A stretch of DNA of 64,000 nt from Gammaproteobacteria bacterium (GTDB lineage Bacteria; Pseudomonadota; Gammaproteobacteria; UBA4575). Positions 19,433-29,192 of this stretch are shown one piece after another. The stretch spans positions 44,546 to 108,545 of the forward strand of contig JAQWYM010000004.1 in NCBI GenBank assembly GCA_029253965.1, in the 5' to 3' direction. How positions within the stretch are numbered: the first letter of the stretch is position 1; the number at the start of each line of letters is the position of its first letter. Under the pieces are notes generated by a model. It was not told where the DNA came from and did not search any database. It worked only from the letters and a program-made list of their open reading frames with translations. Position numbers and translations under genes: made by a program.

Positions 19433-20290
19433 TTAAGATTGCTTAAGGATGAAATTGGGTAATGCCGATGCCGCAAGATGGATGCCGTAGTTGTAATAAT
19501 CAGTATCAAACTCAGCAGCCTTTGATTGACGATCACGTACCAGTTGCAAATCATTGCGTGAGGCCAATGTCGTAGACCACCAGCCTGTGGGGTAGACTGG
19601 CTGTGGGAAGAATAAGGTTTGTTGTTTTTCAAGCCCAGCTATCGCCATCGCTGAGCGCATCTTTTGGGTAATACTTTGCCAATGCACCAAAGGCGATTCA
19701 CTCTGTTGTACCAATATGCCATCTGCAGCTAAAACACGTGCACAATCGCTATAGAATGCTTCTTGGAAAAGTCCTTCAGCGGGGCCGATAGGATCGGTGC
19801 TATCAACAATGATGACATCAATGCTGGCATCTGCCGCCTGCTGCATCCATTTAATCGCGTCAGTAAACTGAAAGCTTACGCGCGCATCATTATTGGCACG
19901 GCATAATTCAGGGAAGTATTGCAAAGAGAGCTCAGTCACCCGCTGATCAATTTCTATCTGGGTGATGCTTTCAACCTCCTTATGTTTCGCAACTTCGCGT
20001 AAGCTGCCACAGTCACCACCGCCGACAATAACAACATGACGTGGAGCGGGATGATTGAAGAGAGCTGGATGTGTCATCATCTCGTGATAGATGAAATTAT
20101 CACGTTGAGTGAGCATAATGCAGTCATCGATAACCATCAGATTGCCAAAACTTTTAGTCTCGAATAGGGCGATTTTTTGATACGCTGTTTGTTCTTCATG
20201 TAGGCATTGAGTAATCTCTAAAGAAAATGCTGTCGCACTATCCGTGTGTTTTTCAGAGAACCAGTGTTTTTGATCTGTGATGATATCCAT
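19433..20290 (-). CDS. speE: Polyamine aminopropyltransferase (spermidine synthase)
   Basis: GGGDCG SAM-binding motif and DSTDPIGPAEGLF. Start placed at MDIITDQKHWF (20290); the 353-aa track ORF runs into speA and is rejected. Confidence 0.87.
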   Translation of the reverse strand: MDIITDQKHWFSEKHTDSATAFSLEITQCLHEEQTAYQKIALFETKSFGNLMVIDDCIMLTQRDNFIYHEMMTHPALFNHPAPRHVVIVGGGDCGSLREVAKHKEVESITQIEIDQRVTELSLQYFPELCRANNDARVSFQFTDAIKWMQQAADASIDVIIVDSTDPIGPAEGLFQEAFYSDCARVLAADGILVQQSESPLVHWQSITQKMRSAMAIAGLEKQQTLFFPQPVYPTGWWSTTLASRNDLQLVRDRQSKAAEFDTDYYNYGIHLAASALPNFILKQS

Positions 20291-20326
20291 ACTTATATTA
20301 ACCGTTGTACCGTGAGTTATTAAATC

Positions 20327-22216
20327 ATGTCTAAATCGAATGACATCCAATGGGGTCCCGATCAGTCTCGCGAATCTTACCGTATTCCGGTCTGGGGTGA
20401 AGGTCATTTTGATGTAAATAGCGACGGACATATGAGTGTTGCCATAGACACTCATGCAGATATTGACCTCTACCAAGTATGCCAGCAGCTGCATGCCGAT
20501 GGATGTTCCTTCCCGATATTAATTCGTTTTCCAGAGCTTTTGAATAAGCGTGTTATGCAATTAGCAGCGGCCTTTGATAGTGCAATAAGTCGGCATGCCT
20601 ATAGTAACCAACACCATGTGGTTTACCCGATTAAGGTCAATCAGCAACGCGCAGTGGTCGAGCATCTGCTGGCTATTCCTGAGCATACTGTGGGCTTAGA
20701 AGTGGGTAGCAAACCGGAATTACTAGCAGCGCTTGCCTTACTACCACAGTCTCAGCGTTTACTCATCTGTAATGGCTATAAAGATAGGGCTTATATTCGC
20801 TTGGCGCTGCATGCGCAGGCCATGGGTATTAAAGTTATTCTCGTCTTGGAGAAGCTTGCCGAGCTTGATCTTATATTAGAGGAGAGTGAAAGCTTAGGCT
20901 TAAGCCCTGATCTTGGTGTCAGGATCCGTCTTAACTCCATTGCCTCGGGGCAATGGCAAAACAGTGGTGGGCCTAATGCCAAGTTTGGCTTAGAAACATC
21001 AGATTTACTGCAATTGATAGAGCAACTAAAAGCAAAGCAATCGCTGCATTGGTTACGTTTGTTGCATTTTCATATGGGCTCACAAATATCTGTGTTAGCC
21101 GATTATGAGCAGGGATTACGTGAGGCGATGCAGGTTTATGCAGAGTTACACAGTCAGGGTTGCAGTCTAGACTATCTTGATATTGGCGGTGGCATGGCGA
21201 TTGATTATGCCGCAGAGGCTGATGGCAGTTATTTTTCACGCTCATATAGCTATGAGCAGTATGCTAATCTCGTGATTAGTTGTGTTGCCCAGTACTGTCA
21301 ACAGTATGACTTACAGCCACCACAGATTATTACAGAACATGGCCGCGCATTAGTGGCGCATCATGCGGTGCTGGTGACTAATGTGATGGCGGTGGAAGCA
21401 ATCACAGATGTGTCTCAAGAAAAGAATATATGTCAGCAGCTATGGCCAGAGGCTATTGCTGAGCAAGCCGGTTATCTCTGTGCAATGCTGATGAGTGAAC
21501 AGGGTGTAAAGCATGAAGAGATTAATAATTTTCGTGACCTAATGAACGCAGCCTTTCTTGAGCAAAAAATAAACTTACAACAACGAGCTTATGCAGAGCA
21601 ATTGATTCGTTGTTGTAAGTTGCAGCCTGGAGACAATAAAGACGAGATGTCTGTAGAAGTGTCGAAGTATTTTTGTAACTTCTCAATTTTTCAATCCTTA
21701 CCCGATGTTTGGGGGCTAGGCCAAATCTTCCCTATCGTGCCTTTAAATAGGTTGGAGCAGGAGCCGAAGGTGGCTGCAAGGCTACATGATATAACCTGTG
21801 ACTCTGATGGCCAGATACAAGCCTATGTTGCTGCTGACGGTGTTTCAGAGTATTTGAAATTGCATGCCTTACCAAAATCAGAAGATTATCTGCTGGGCTT
21901 TTTCTTGCTTGGTGCTTATCAAGAAGTGCTTGGTGATATTCATAACTTGTTTGGTGATACCCACACGGTTAATGTTTCTTCAGATGGTGCTGAGGGTTAT
22001 CTGATTGATGAGTATGAAAGTGGTGACTGTGTGCAAGAGTTGTTAGCCAGTGTTCATATTGATGCTCGGCAGTTAACAAGTCGTTGCCAGCAACGCCTGC
22101 AAAAACAGCAGTGTCATGATTCTAGGATTAAAGAGATTTTGCACGAGCTTGAACAAGCACTAATGAGTTATAGTTACCTTGATTCTCAAGGGCGTGTCGC
22201 ACACCCTATTAAATAG
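20327..22216 (+). CDS. speA: Biosynthetic arginine decarboxylase
   Basis: 629 aa, PLP-dependent group IV decarboxylase (YPIKVNQ with the PLP lysine, HFHMGSQ, DIGGG). Confidence 0.92.
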   Translation: MSKSNDIQWGPDQSRESYRIPVWGEGHFDVNSDGHMSVAIDTHADIDLYQVCQQLHADGCSFPILIRFPELLNKRVMQLAAAFDSAISRHAYSNQHHVVYPIKVNQQRAVVEHLLAIPEHTVGLEVGSKPELLAALALLPQSQRLLICNGYKDRAYIRLALHAQAMGIKVILVLEKLAELDLILEESESLGLSPDLGVRIRLNSIASGQWQNSGGPNAKFGLETSDLLQLIEQLKAKQSLHWLRLLHFHMGSQISVLADYEQGLREAMQVYAELHSQGCSLDYLDIGGGMAIDYAAEADGSYFSRSYSYEQYANLVISCVAQYCQQYDLQPPQIITEHGRALVAHHAVLVTNVMAVEAITDVSQEKNICQQLWPEAIAEQAGYLCAMLMSEQGVKHEEINNFRDLMNAAFLEQKINLQQRAYAEQLIRCCKLQPGDNKDEMSVEVSKYFCNFSIFQSLPDVWGLGQIFPIVPLNRLEQEPKVAARLHDITCDSDGQIQAYVAADGVSEYLKLHALPKSEDYLLGFFLLGAYQEVLGDIHNLFGDTHTVNVSSDGAEGYLIDEYESGDCVQELLASVHIDARQLTSRCQQRLQKQQCHDSRIKEILHELEQALMSYSYLDSQGRVAHPIK

Positions 22217-22300
22217 AATTAGATTAATAATGCCGATTAAATAAACTAGTGAAGTTGCCACGTTTGTGGTCACTAGCTAAAGAAAGAGTTAAAAGCTGTT

Positions 22301-22585
22301 ATGCAATGTTATGTTTATCGTAGTGAACGAAAGAATGATACCTATGTGTATATGAAAGCCGGTGTTGAAATGACTGAACTGCCAGAGTCAGTAACACAAT
22401 TCATGGGTGATTTAACGCAGGTGTTAGAAGTAGACCTGAGTAAAAAGAAACTAGCACATGCTGATGTTAAGCAGGTCATGGCAGCAATTGAGACCCAGGG
22501 GTTCTACCTGCAACTACCGCCTGAGATTGATGATGTGATGCGTGAGATTGATAAACTCATGAGTGAGCATGACACGCTGAATTAA
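22301..22585 (+). CDS. ycgL: YcgL domain-containing protein
   Basis: CYVYRSERKNDTYVY and QGFYLQLPP closely parallel E. coli YcgL. Confidence 0.75.
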   Translation: MQCYVYRSERKNDTYVYMKAGVEMTELPESVTQFMGDLTQVLEVDLSKKKLAHADVKQVMAAIETQGFYLQLPPEIDDVMREIDKLMSEHDTLN

Positions 22586-22719
22586 CTCTGACGACAGCGC
22601 TGGGAGCAATACTTCACCTCATCCCAAACTGCGGCCCACTTTTTACGCCAGGTAAAAGGCCGGCCGCAGCGCACACAGGTCTTTGTTTGCAGATCAGATT
22701 TTTTGAGCATCTTAGGCAT
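22582..22719 (-). CDS. DUF2256 family small zinc-ribbon-like protein (45 aa), absent from the ORF track
   Basis: My own translation is MPKMLKKSDLQTKTCVRCGRPFTWRKKWAAVWDEVKYCSQRCRQS. It fits the remembered DUF2256 pattern CxxCGRPFxWRKKW...W..VKYCSxRCR. Starts 8 nt after the nadA stop. Confidence 0.7.
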   Translation of the reverse strand: MPKMLKKSDLQTKTCVRCGRPFTWRKKWAAVWDEVKYCSQRCRQS

Positions 22720-22727
22720 AACTGGCT

Positions 22728-23768
22728 TTAACTATTCTGCTTGGCAAAATCGAGCATGCGTTTAGTAGAGCGAAAAGCATCGATGCGGATATTTTCTTCA
22801 ATCTCAATCGCATTACCGCCTTGCTCTAAAACCTGATGTAAATTCTGAAGGCTATTCATTGCCATCCATGGACAGTGGGCACAGCTACGACAAGTCGCAC
22901 CCTCACCTGCAGTTGGGGCCTCGATAAATTCTTTATTGGGGGCTAACTGCTTCATCTTGTAAAAGATGCGATTGTCTGTGGCGACAATGAATTGCTTGTT
23001 GGGCAAGGTGTGTGCCGCCTTGATTAAGGCCGATGTTGAACCGACAACATCAGCCATAGCGATGACATCATCCGGTGATTCAGGATGAACTAAAACAGCG
23101 GCACCTGGATTTTCTGCAATACACTCGCCAAGAGCGCGTGCTTTAAATTCCTCATGCACAATACAGGCACCATCCCACATCAACATATCAGCACCAGTGA
23201 CTTTCTGCAGGTAATGCCCGAGGTGCTTATCCGGTGCCCATAGGATCTTTTTGCCTTGATCCATTAAATGAGTAATTATTTTGACAGCAATGCTTGAGGT
23301 TACCACCCAGTCGGCGCGTGCTTTTACAGCAGCACTGGTGTTTGCATAAACCACCGATACACGGTCTGGGTGTTGGTCGCAGAAGGTATTGAATTTATCT
23401 GCGGGGCAACTTAGATCGAGCGAACAGGTCGCTTCAAGATCAGGCATGATGATGCGTTTTTCTGGGCTCAAAATTTTTGCAGTTTCCCCCATGAAGCGCA
23501 CGCCAGCAACGACTAAGGTTGAGGCATTATGCTCATGACCAAAGCGTGCCATTTCTAGAGAGTCTGCAACATAGCCACCGGTTTCCTCAGCAAGCTGCTG
23601 CAGGTCTTCATGGGTGTAATAATGTGCAACCAAGGCCGCATCTTGAGCCTTGAGTAATTCTTTAATACCTTGGATTAAGTGGCTGCGTTCAGCGCCAGCC
23701 AGCACTGGGATACGTGTTTGTATATCCGCTGTAAAAGGTATTGCGTGGTCTAATGTTGAGTTGCTCAT
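22728..23768 (-). CDS. nadA: Quinolinate synthase NadA
   Basis: 346 aa with typical NadA sequence, including the three cluster cysteines ([22 protein letters not shown]). Confidence 0.95.
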   Translation of the reverse strand: MSNSTLDHAIPFTADIQTRIPVLAGAERSHLIQGIKELLKAQDAALVAHYYTHEDLQQLAEETGGYVADSLEMARFGHEHNASTLVVAGVRFMGETAKILSPEKRIIMPDLEATCSLDLSCPADKFNTFCDQHPDRVSVVYANTSAAVKARADWVVTSSIAVKIITHLMDQGKKILWAPDKHLGHYLQKVTGADMLMWDGACIVHEEFKARALGECIAENPGAAVLVHPESPDDVIAMADVVGSTSALIKAAHTLPNKQFIVATDNRIFYKMKQLAPNKEFIEAPTAGEGATCRSCAHCPWMAMNSLQNLHQVLEQGGNAIEIEENIRIDAFRSTKRMLDFAKQNS

Positions 23769-23879
23769 TTTCTCTTCACTGAATAAAAATAAACTAAAAA
23801 TAGGTATGACTCTATAGTCATATAAATTTCTGAATTATACTAACAGAGCCTAACATACATACGTTTTTGATTAAAAAGG

Positions 23880-24500
23880 ATGAGTATCATAATGCGTCTT
23901 ATTGCTACACTAATTATAAGCTGTTTCTTCAGCACCCCGGTATTTTCTAATGATGACTCTACACTAGATGCACAGCTACGTAGTGCTGCTATTTTGCAGG
24001 TCGATGAGACGTTGCTGCTGAATAGCCATGTCTATTTCTATGCCGGCAAAAAAGGCTATTCATTACTCTCTTCAGGCAAGCCTCGTGTTAAGGCGCAAAT
24101 TGTCTTCACTGAGAATGGTTTTCATGTGGTTAGCTTTAAAAAGAAAAGTAAGCGTTTTCAAGTGCTCTATAGCTTACAGTATGCACAGCTAGCATCTGTT
24201 GATATTGCTGGAAACTCACCTTTGGTCCGACTGGTTACAGAGCGTAAGGGTGAAGATCATTTTGATAGTTTTGAACTAATGGATACTCGTAATGCCTTTA
24301 CACCGAGTTCGACTAAAACGATAGAAGCAAAGAAACTCATATCAGCTGGAATACAGGGTCTTGACGTGAAAACAGTGGCCACTGCGCCATCACTATCAAG
24401 TGTACAGATGACGCAGCAAAAAAATCGCATAGAAGTGTTAGAGCAGCGTGTGCAGCAGTTAGAGCAGCGTTTGGATGAGTTAGCTACGCACCTGGAATAA
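23880..24500 (+). CDS. Hypothetical secreted protein with a C-terminal coiled coil
   Basis: Signal-like N-terminus (LIATLIISCFFSTPVFS) and a C-terminal heptad region QQKNRIEVLEQRVQQLEQRLDEL. No family recognised. Confidence 0.5.
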   Translation: MSIIMRLIATLIISCFFSTPVFSNDDSTLDAQLRSAAILQVDETLLLNSHVYFYAGKKGYSLLSSGKPRVKAQIVFTENGFHVVSFKKKSKRFQVLYSLQYAQLASVDIAGNSPLVRLVTERKGEDHFDSFELMDTRNAFTPSSTKTIEAKKLISAGIQGLDVKTVATAPSLSSVQMTQQKNRIEVLEQRVQQLEQRLDELATHLE

Positions 24501-25004
24501 ACGTGAGTTAATACGTTTATTAGCGAGCTGCTTTTGAACCTGAGTAAGTTGCGCCTTATCATGGCTGGGGCCAATGGTGACACGAAACCATTGGCTGCCA
24601 TCAATTCGTACGTCTTGAATGTTGGCATCGATATCTAATGAATGCAGCTGAGATTTTAAGCGAGTAGCTTCCTGTTTATCTCTAAATGAACCCACCTGTA
24701 AGACAAATAAGAGACTTGTCGCCTCTACTTTTTGGGTGCTGTTACTTTTATTTGGCATGGGTGTGACGTCGACCACTGCGTCAACTTCAGGTAGCAGCGT
24801 ATAAAAAGTGAAATCACGTGTCTCAAGCTCAGCCCCTGCGATGACTGTCTCGTTCTCTGTTGTTGTACTCAATTTCTCGTTTAGCTTTGGGAAGAAGGTT
24901 GCGCTTAAACCAATAATTAACCCAGTCAGCATCCAAACCCAACCGGGTAGTGGGCGTCCTTTTGAGTTTTCTGTAGTGGCTACTTTCTGCTTTGCTTTTG
25001 GCAC
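24480..25004 (-). CDS. SPOR domain-containing cell-division/peptidoglycan-binding protein
   Basis: N-terminal TM anchor. C-terminal SPOR-like repeat (LQVGSFRDKQEATRLKSQL...WFRVTIGP). Lies directly downstream of argS, as in many gammaproteobacteria. Confidence 0.72.
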   Translation of the reverse strand: MPKAKQKVATTENSKGRPLPGWVWMLTGLIIGLSATFFPKLNEKLSTTTENETVIAGAELETRDFTFYTLLPEVDAVVDVTPMPNKSNSTQKVEATSLLFVLQVGSFRDKQEATRLKSQLHSLDIDANIQDVRIDGSQWFRVTIGPSHDKAQLTQVQKQLANKRINSRLFQVRS

Positions 25005-25006
25005 GC

Positions 25007-26752
25007 TTACATCTTCTCGGGTGCACTAACACCGACGATAGCCAGGCCATTAACCAAGACATGTTGAACGGCTAATATGAGTTGCAGGCGTGCCTGTCTG
25101 AGTTCTTTTGAATCAACTAGGAACTGGGTTGCGTTGTAATAGTTATGGAAACGTTGAGCTAATTCACGCAGGTATTGCACCAAGGTATGTGGGGCTTGTT
25201 TGCTGCACGCACTGCGTATGACTTCTGGGTAGTCAGCGAGTTTTTGCATCAGTTGTTGCTCATTATCATCGCTTAATAGTTCGACTGAAACATTCTCTGT
25301 CGCAACGGCTTCTTGATTTTGACGTAATACACTACAGATACGGGCATGTGCGTATTGTACATAGTAAACCGGATTCTCATTACTTGTGGACTTTGCTAGT
25401 TCCAGATCAAAATCTAGATGTTGCTCACTTTTGCGCATCACGTAATAAAAGCGTGCGGCATCACAGCCCACTTCTTTGCGCAATGAGCGCAGGGTGACAA
25501 ACTCACCAGAGCGGGTCGACATCTGTAGTCGTTCTTCACCACGATAGAGATTAGCAAACTGGACTAATAATACCTTCAGTTTGTCGGCATCAAAGTTGAG
25601 TGCCTGTAAGGCGGCCCTGACTCTGGGGATGTAGCCATGATGGTCTGCACCCCAGATATTAATAATTTGGTCATACCCCTGTTCAAGCTTGTCGACATGA
25701 TAAGCGATGTCGGAAGCGAAGTAGGTGGGTGTGCCATTCTCGCGGATGACAACACGATCTTTTTCATCACCCAGTTTAGATGAGGCAAACCAAAGTGCAC
25801 CATCCTTACGGTAGGTGTGTCCTGCTGTTTCTAAACGTGCGATAACTTTTTCGACACGCTGATCAGCAAACAGGCTACGTTCGGAATACCAATTATCATA
25901 GTCGACACCAAACAGACCGAGGTCATCGCGGATATCATCGAGTATGGTATCGATCGCGAAATCGAAGAAAACGCTATAACCCTCGGCACCAAGAAGCTTT
26001 TTGGCAACAGCGATTAGTCCGTCAATGTGTGCTTCTTTGTCTCCACCCAACGGTTCATCTACAGGTAAAGCTGCGAAGAAGTCAGCAACCGCATGCTTAA
26101 ATTGATCTGCATGTGCGCGATGCGCAGTGGCAGCAATATCCCAGACATAATCACCTTTGTAGCCATTACTTGGGAAGGTCAGTTCCTCACCACAGAGTTC
26201 GAGATAACGTAACCAGACAGAGGTGGCAAGAATATCCATCTGTCGACCGGCATCGTTGACATAGTATTCACGGTGCACTCGGTAGCCATTAGCAACATAT
26301 AGTTTGGCTAGTGAGGCGCCATAGGCGGCACCACGACCATGGCCTACATGCAATGGCCCGGTAGGGTTGGCGGATACATATTCAATATGTAGGGATTGCT
26401 CTTTACCACTATTATTTGTGCCAAAGTGCTCACCGGCATCCAGTATTTGTTGCAGAATGGCATTACTTTTTTCTTGTACTAAAAAGAAATTGATAAAACC
26501 AGGACCGGCAATCTCAACACGCTCAAAGAGGGCGTTTTGCTCTAATTTTGGCAGCAGTAGGTTGGCAATATCACGGGGTGACTTGCGCATAGGCTTAGCT
26601 AATATCATCGCGATATTCGTGGCAAAATTGCCATGTGCCGGATCTTTTGTCCGCGTCACCTGAAAGCCAATGCTTGTTTCTGTAGTGAGGCTACCGTCTG
26701 CGATTAAATTATCGACAAGACCTTGTAAGCTGCTCTCGATCTGATCCTTCAA
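25007..26752 (-). CDS. argS: Arginine--tRNA ligase
   Basis: 581 aa with HIGH-type motif ANPTGPLHVGHGR, an MSTRSG (KMSKS-like) motif and the DALR anticodon-binding end. Confidence 0.96.
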   Translation of the reverse strand: MKDQIESSLQGLVDNLIADGSLTTETSIGFQVTRTKDPAHGNFATNIAMILAKPMRKSPRDIANLLLPKLEQNALFERVEIAGPGFINFFLVQEKSNAILQQILDAGEHFGTNNSGKEQSLHIEYVSANPTGPLHVGHGRGAAYGASLAKLYVANGYRVHREYYVNDAGRQMDILATSVWLRYLELCGEELTFPSNGYKGDYVWDIAATAHRAHADQFKHAVADFFAALPVDEPLGGDKEAHIDGLIAVAKKLLGAEGYSVFFDFAIDTILDDIRDDLGLFGVDYDNWYSERSLFADQRVEKVIARLETAGHTYRKDGALWFASSKLGDEKDRVVIRENGTPTYFASDIAYHVDKLEQGYDQIINIWGADHHGYIPRVRAALQALNFDADKLKVLLVQFANLYRGEERLQMSTRSGEFVTLRSLRKEVGCDAARFYYVMRKSEQHLDFDLELAKSTSNENPVYYVQYAHARICSVLRQNQEAVATENVSVELLSDDNEQQLMQKLADYPEVIRSACSKQAPHTLVQYLRELAQRFHNYYNATQFLVDSKELRQARLQLILAVQHVLVNGLAIVGVSAPEKM

Positions 26753-26850
26753 AATAGTTTACCTACTGCGTGTTCTGCTGATTGAATGTTTAAGCCTGCG
26801 AATTGTAACGTATAAGATTGATGCTGTGTCCTTTGCCTGACTAATTAAGT

Positions 26851-29100
26851 TTATATGCCTTCTAATGGGTCGATATCTAGATTCCACTGGACCCGGCGCG
26901 CCTCAGGTAAGCGATGTAACTGTTGTAACCAGTCTGCAGTGCCGATGCTTAGGCTGCGACGATTATTGGCACTAAAGAGGAGCACAGCACGATATTTCCC
27001 AGCACGCTTTTCCATGCTTGATGGTAATGGCCCCATGATGGCTAAATCTGAGGTTAGCTGTGTCTGTGCCAGCTGCTTAGCTCGCTCTAGGAATTGCTGC
27101 GCATGATCGGCATAGGTGGCGCGAGCACGTAATAACATTTGGTAGCTATAGGGCGGCAAATTACAGCTTTGGCGCAAGGCTAGAGCCTGCTCAGCAAAGT
27201 CTGGATAGCCTTTGGCAATCAGGGACTGCAGTAGTGGGTGATCCGGCGCATGACTTTGAATCACCACCTCACCCTGTTCTTGGCGTCGGCCACTTCGCCC
27301 TGCGACCTGTGTGAGCAACTGCGCACTGTGCTCTAAGGCACGGTAATCAGCACTAAAGATGCCGTAATCAATGTCGAGCACCCCGACCAGAGAGACACGA
27401 GGGAAATCATGTCCCTTCGATAAAATTTGCGTGCCGATAATAATGGAGTGTCGCTGTTCCTGAATGTCTTCGAGAATTTGCTCTAATTGTCCTTTGCGTT
27501 TAATCGCATCACGATCAAAACGAATCGCTGAGTATTGCTTGAACTCATCAGTAAGCAGTTGCTCAATCCGTTGCGTGCCAAAACCGACTAAGAGCAAGTT
27601 ATTCGATTGGCACTCAGGACACTGTTCTGGCTTGCTGCGCCGGTGGTCACAATGATGGCAGTACAACTTTGCACTCTTGCTGTGGAAGGTTAGTTTGGCA
27701 TCACAACGACTACATTGGGCCACCCAAGCGCAGTCGTGGCAGATTAATGCAGGGGCAAAGCCACGGCGATTCAAAAATAAAATAACTTGGTTACCAGCCT
27801 CTAGATGACGATGCATCGCCTGACGCAGTGTTGGCGATAAGATCTCTCTTGCCGGTAACGCTCGCATGTCGACCAGATGCATGCGCGGTAACGGTGTCTC
27901 CTGTGCACGTTTGCGCATTAACAGGTGCTTATAGCGACCTTGCTTTGCATTTAAGGTTGATTCTAATGAGGGTGTAGCACTCCCCAGTACAATTGGGATT
28001 TGTAGCATGCGCGCACGGTAGATAGCGACATCACGGGCATGATAGAGAAAGCCTTCTTGTTGCTTCAAGGAATGATCATGTTCCTCATCAATAATAATTA
28101 AAGCGAGATTGGCAATCGGTGTAAATACTGAGAGGCGGGTGCCAAGGATGATCTGATAACGACCTAAACCAACACGCAGCCAAGTGTCTTGCCGCTGCTG
28201 TTCAGAGATGTTTGAGTGCAGCGTTGCTATAGGTATTTGAAAACGATGCTTAAGGCGTCGTAAAAGCTGTGGTGTGAGCCCAATTTCAGGCACGATAATC
28301 AGAATCTGTGCTGGATTGTCGACATCATCTGCATCTGCTGGAGCATTTAAAAGCTGCTCGATTAAGGCAAAGTAGACCTCAGTTTTACCGCTGCCGGTGA
28401 CGCCTTCTAATAGATGCACAGCAAAGCTATTCAGGGTTGCTGCTATCTGTTCGTAGGCCTGCGCTTGTTCTTGCGTTAACTTGGGTCTTTCTAGCGCTGT
28501 TGATGGCTGCTTGTTGCTTGCCTGTGTGGTCAACGCATCACTGCTGCGGGCAACTATCAAGCCGCGTTTTTCTAGTGACTTAAGGCAGCTGCTAATCGGC
28601 CCAAATTGTTGGCGTAGTGCATCATCACTCACTCCGCTGACATGCTCTGAGAGCCAATCAAAGACTTCGCGCTGTTTGGGTGCGCGATTGAGGGCGCTGC
28701 TATCACCAGCTGCCTCGGCTGACCAGAGCCTTGTTTGGCTGATCTCTGCGGCTTTATTTTTGCGTAAAGCGGGTGGTAATGCGGTAAATACGGCAGCACC
28801 GACGGCATATTGGTAATAACCGGCGGACCAGAGTAAGAGCTGGATGCAATGTGAGTCGAGTAATGGTGTTGAATCAAGCACTTGGATGATGTCGCGGAGT
28901 TTATCAACAGCGACGTCGTCATCGTCTTCGAGCTCACGGATAATAACGCCAATCAGCTCTCTATGGCCAAATGGTACGAGTACGCGAGAGCCTATCAAAG
29001 CCCCAGTTTGCTGCTCATGTTGTTCTGATTTCAGGCGGTAATCGAATAAGCCACGTACTGGCGTATCGACAGCGACCTGAAGCAGTAGGGAATCTGTCAT
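26851..29100 (-). CDS. priA: Primosomal replication restart protein N' (PriA helicase)
   Basis: 749 aa with Walker A GVTGSGKT, DEEHD, and the Cys-rich zinc insert (CHDCAW...CSRCD...CHHCD...CPEC). Confidence 0.96.
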   Translation of the reverse strand: MTDSLLLQVAVDTPVRGLFDYRLKSEQHEQQTGALIGSRVLVPFGHRELIGVIIRELEDDDDVAVDKLRDIIQVLDSTPLLDSHCIQLLLWSAGYYQYAVGAAVFTALPPALRKNKAAEISQTRLWSAEAAGDSSALNRAPKQREVFDWLSEHVSGVSDDALRQQFGPISSCLKSLEKRGLIVARSSDALTTQASNKQPSTALERPKLTQEQAQAYEQIAATLNSFAVHLLEGVTGSGKTEVYFALIEQLLNAPADADDVDNPAQILIIVPEIGLTPQLLRRLKHRFQIPIATLHSNISEQQRQDTWLRVGLGRYQIILGTRLSVFTPIANLALIIIDEEHDHSLKQQEGFLYHARDVAIYRARMLQIPIVLGSATPSLESTLNAKQGRYKHLLMRKRAQETPLPRMHLVDMRALPAREILSPTLRQAMHRHLEAGNQVILFLNRRGFAPALICHDCAWVAQCSRCDAKLTFHSKSAKLYCHHCDHRRSKPEQCPECQSNNLLLVGFGTQRIEQLLTDEFKQYSAIRFDRDAIKRKGQLEQILEDIQEQRHSIIIGTQILSKGHDFPRVSLVGVLDIDYGIFSADYRALEHSAQLLTQVAGRSGRRQEQGEVVIQSHAPDHPLLQSLIAKGYPDFAEQALALRQSCNLPPYSYQMLLRARATYADHAQQFLERAKQLAQTQLTSDLAIMGPLPSSMEKRAGKYRAVLLFSANNRRSLSIGTADWLQQLHRLPEARRVQWNLDIDPLEGI

Positions 29101-29126
29101 AAATGGCTAGCCATCAAGCACAAGCC

Positions 29127-29147
29127 TGTGGATAAAAGTGTGGAAAA
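29127..29147 (-). promoter_or_regulatory. Pair of DnaA boxes 26-46 nt upstream of the priA start codon
   Basis: The plus strand reads TGTGGATAA-aag-TGTGGAAAA. That is one perfect and one 8/9 match to the complement of TTATCCACA, as direct repeats with 12-bp phasing. Confidence 0.55.
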
Positions 29148-29192
29148 CATTTGCTTGAAGGCATAATTAAATTCGTTATATTGATTTACAGT

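Noticed and set aside
19433-20494. 353-aa version of the speE ORF extending 68 codons upstream
   Set aside because: The extension overlaps the speA start region on the other strand and has no similarity to spermidine synthases. The conserved N-terminus begins at MDIITDQKHWF (20290).
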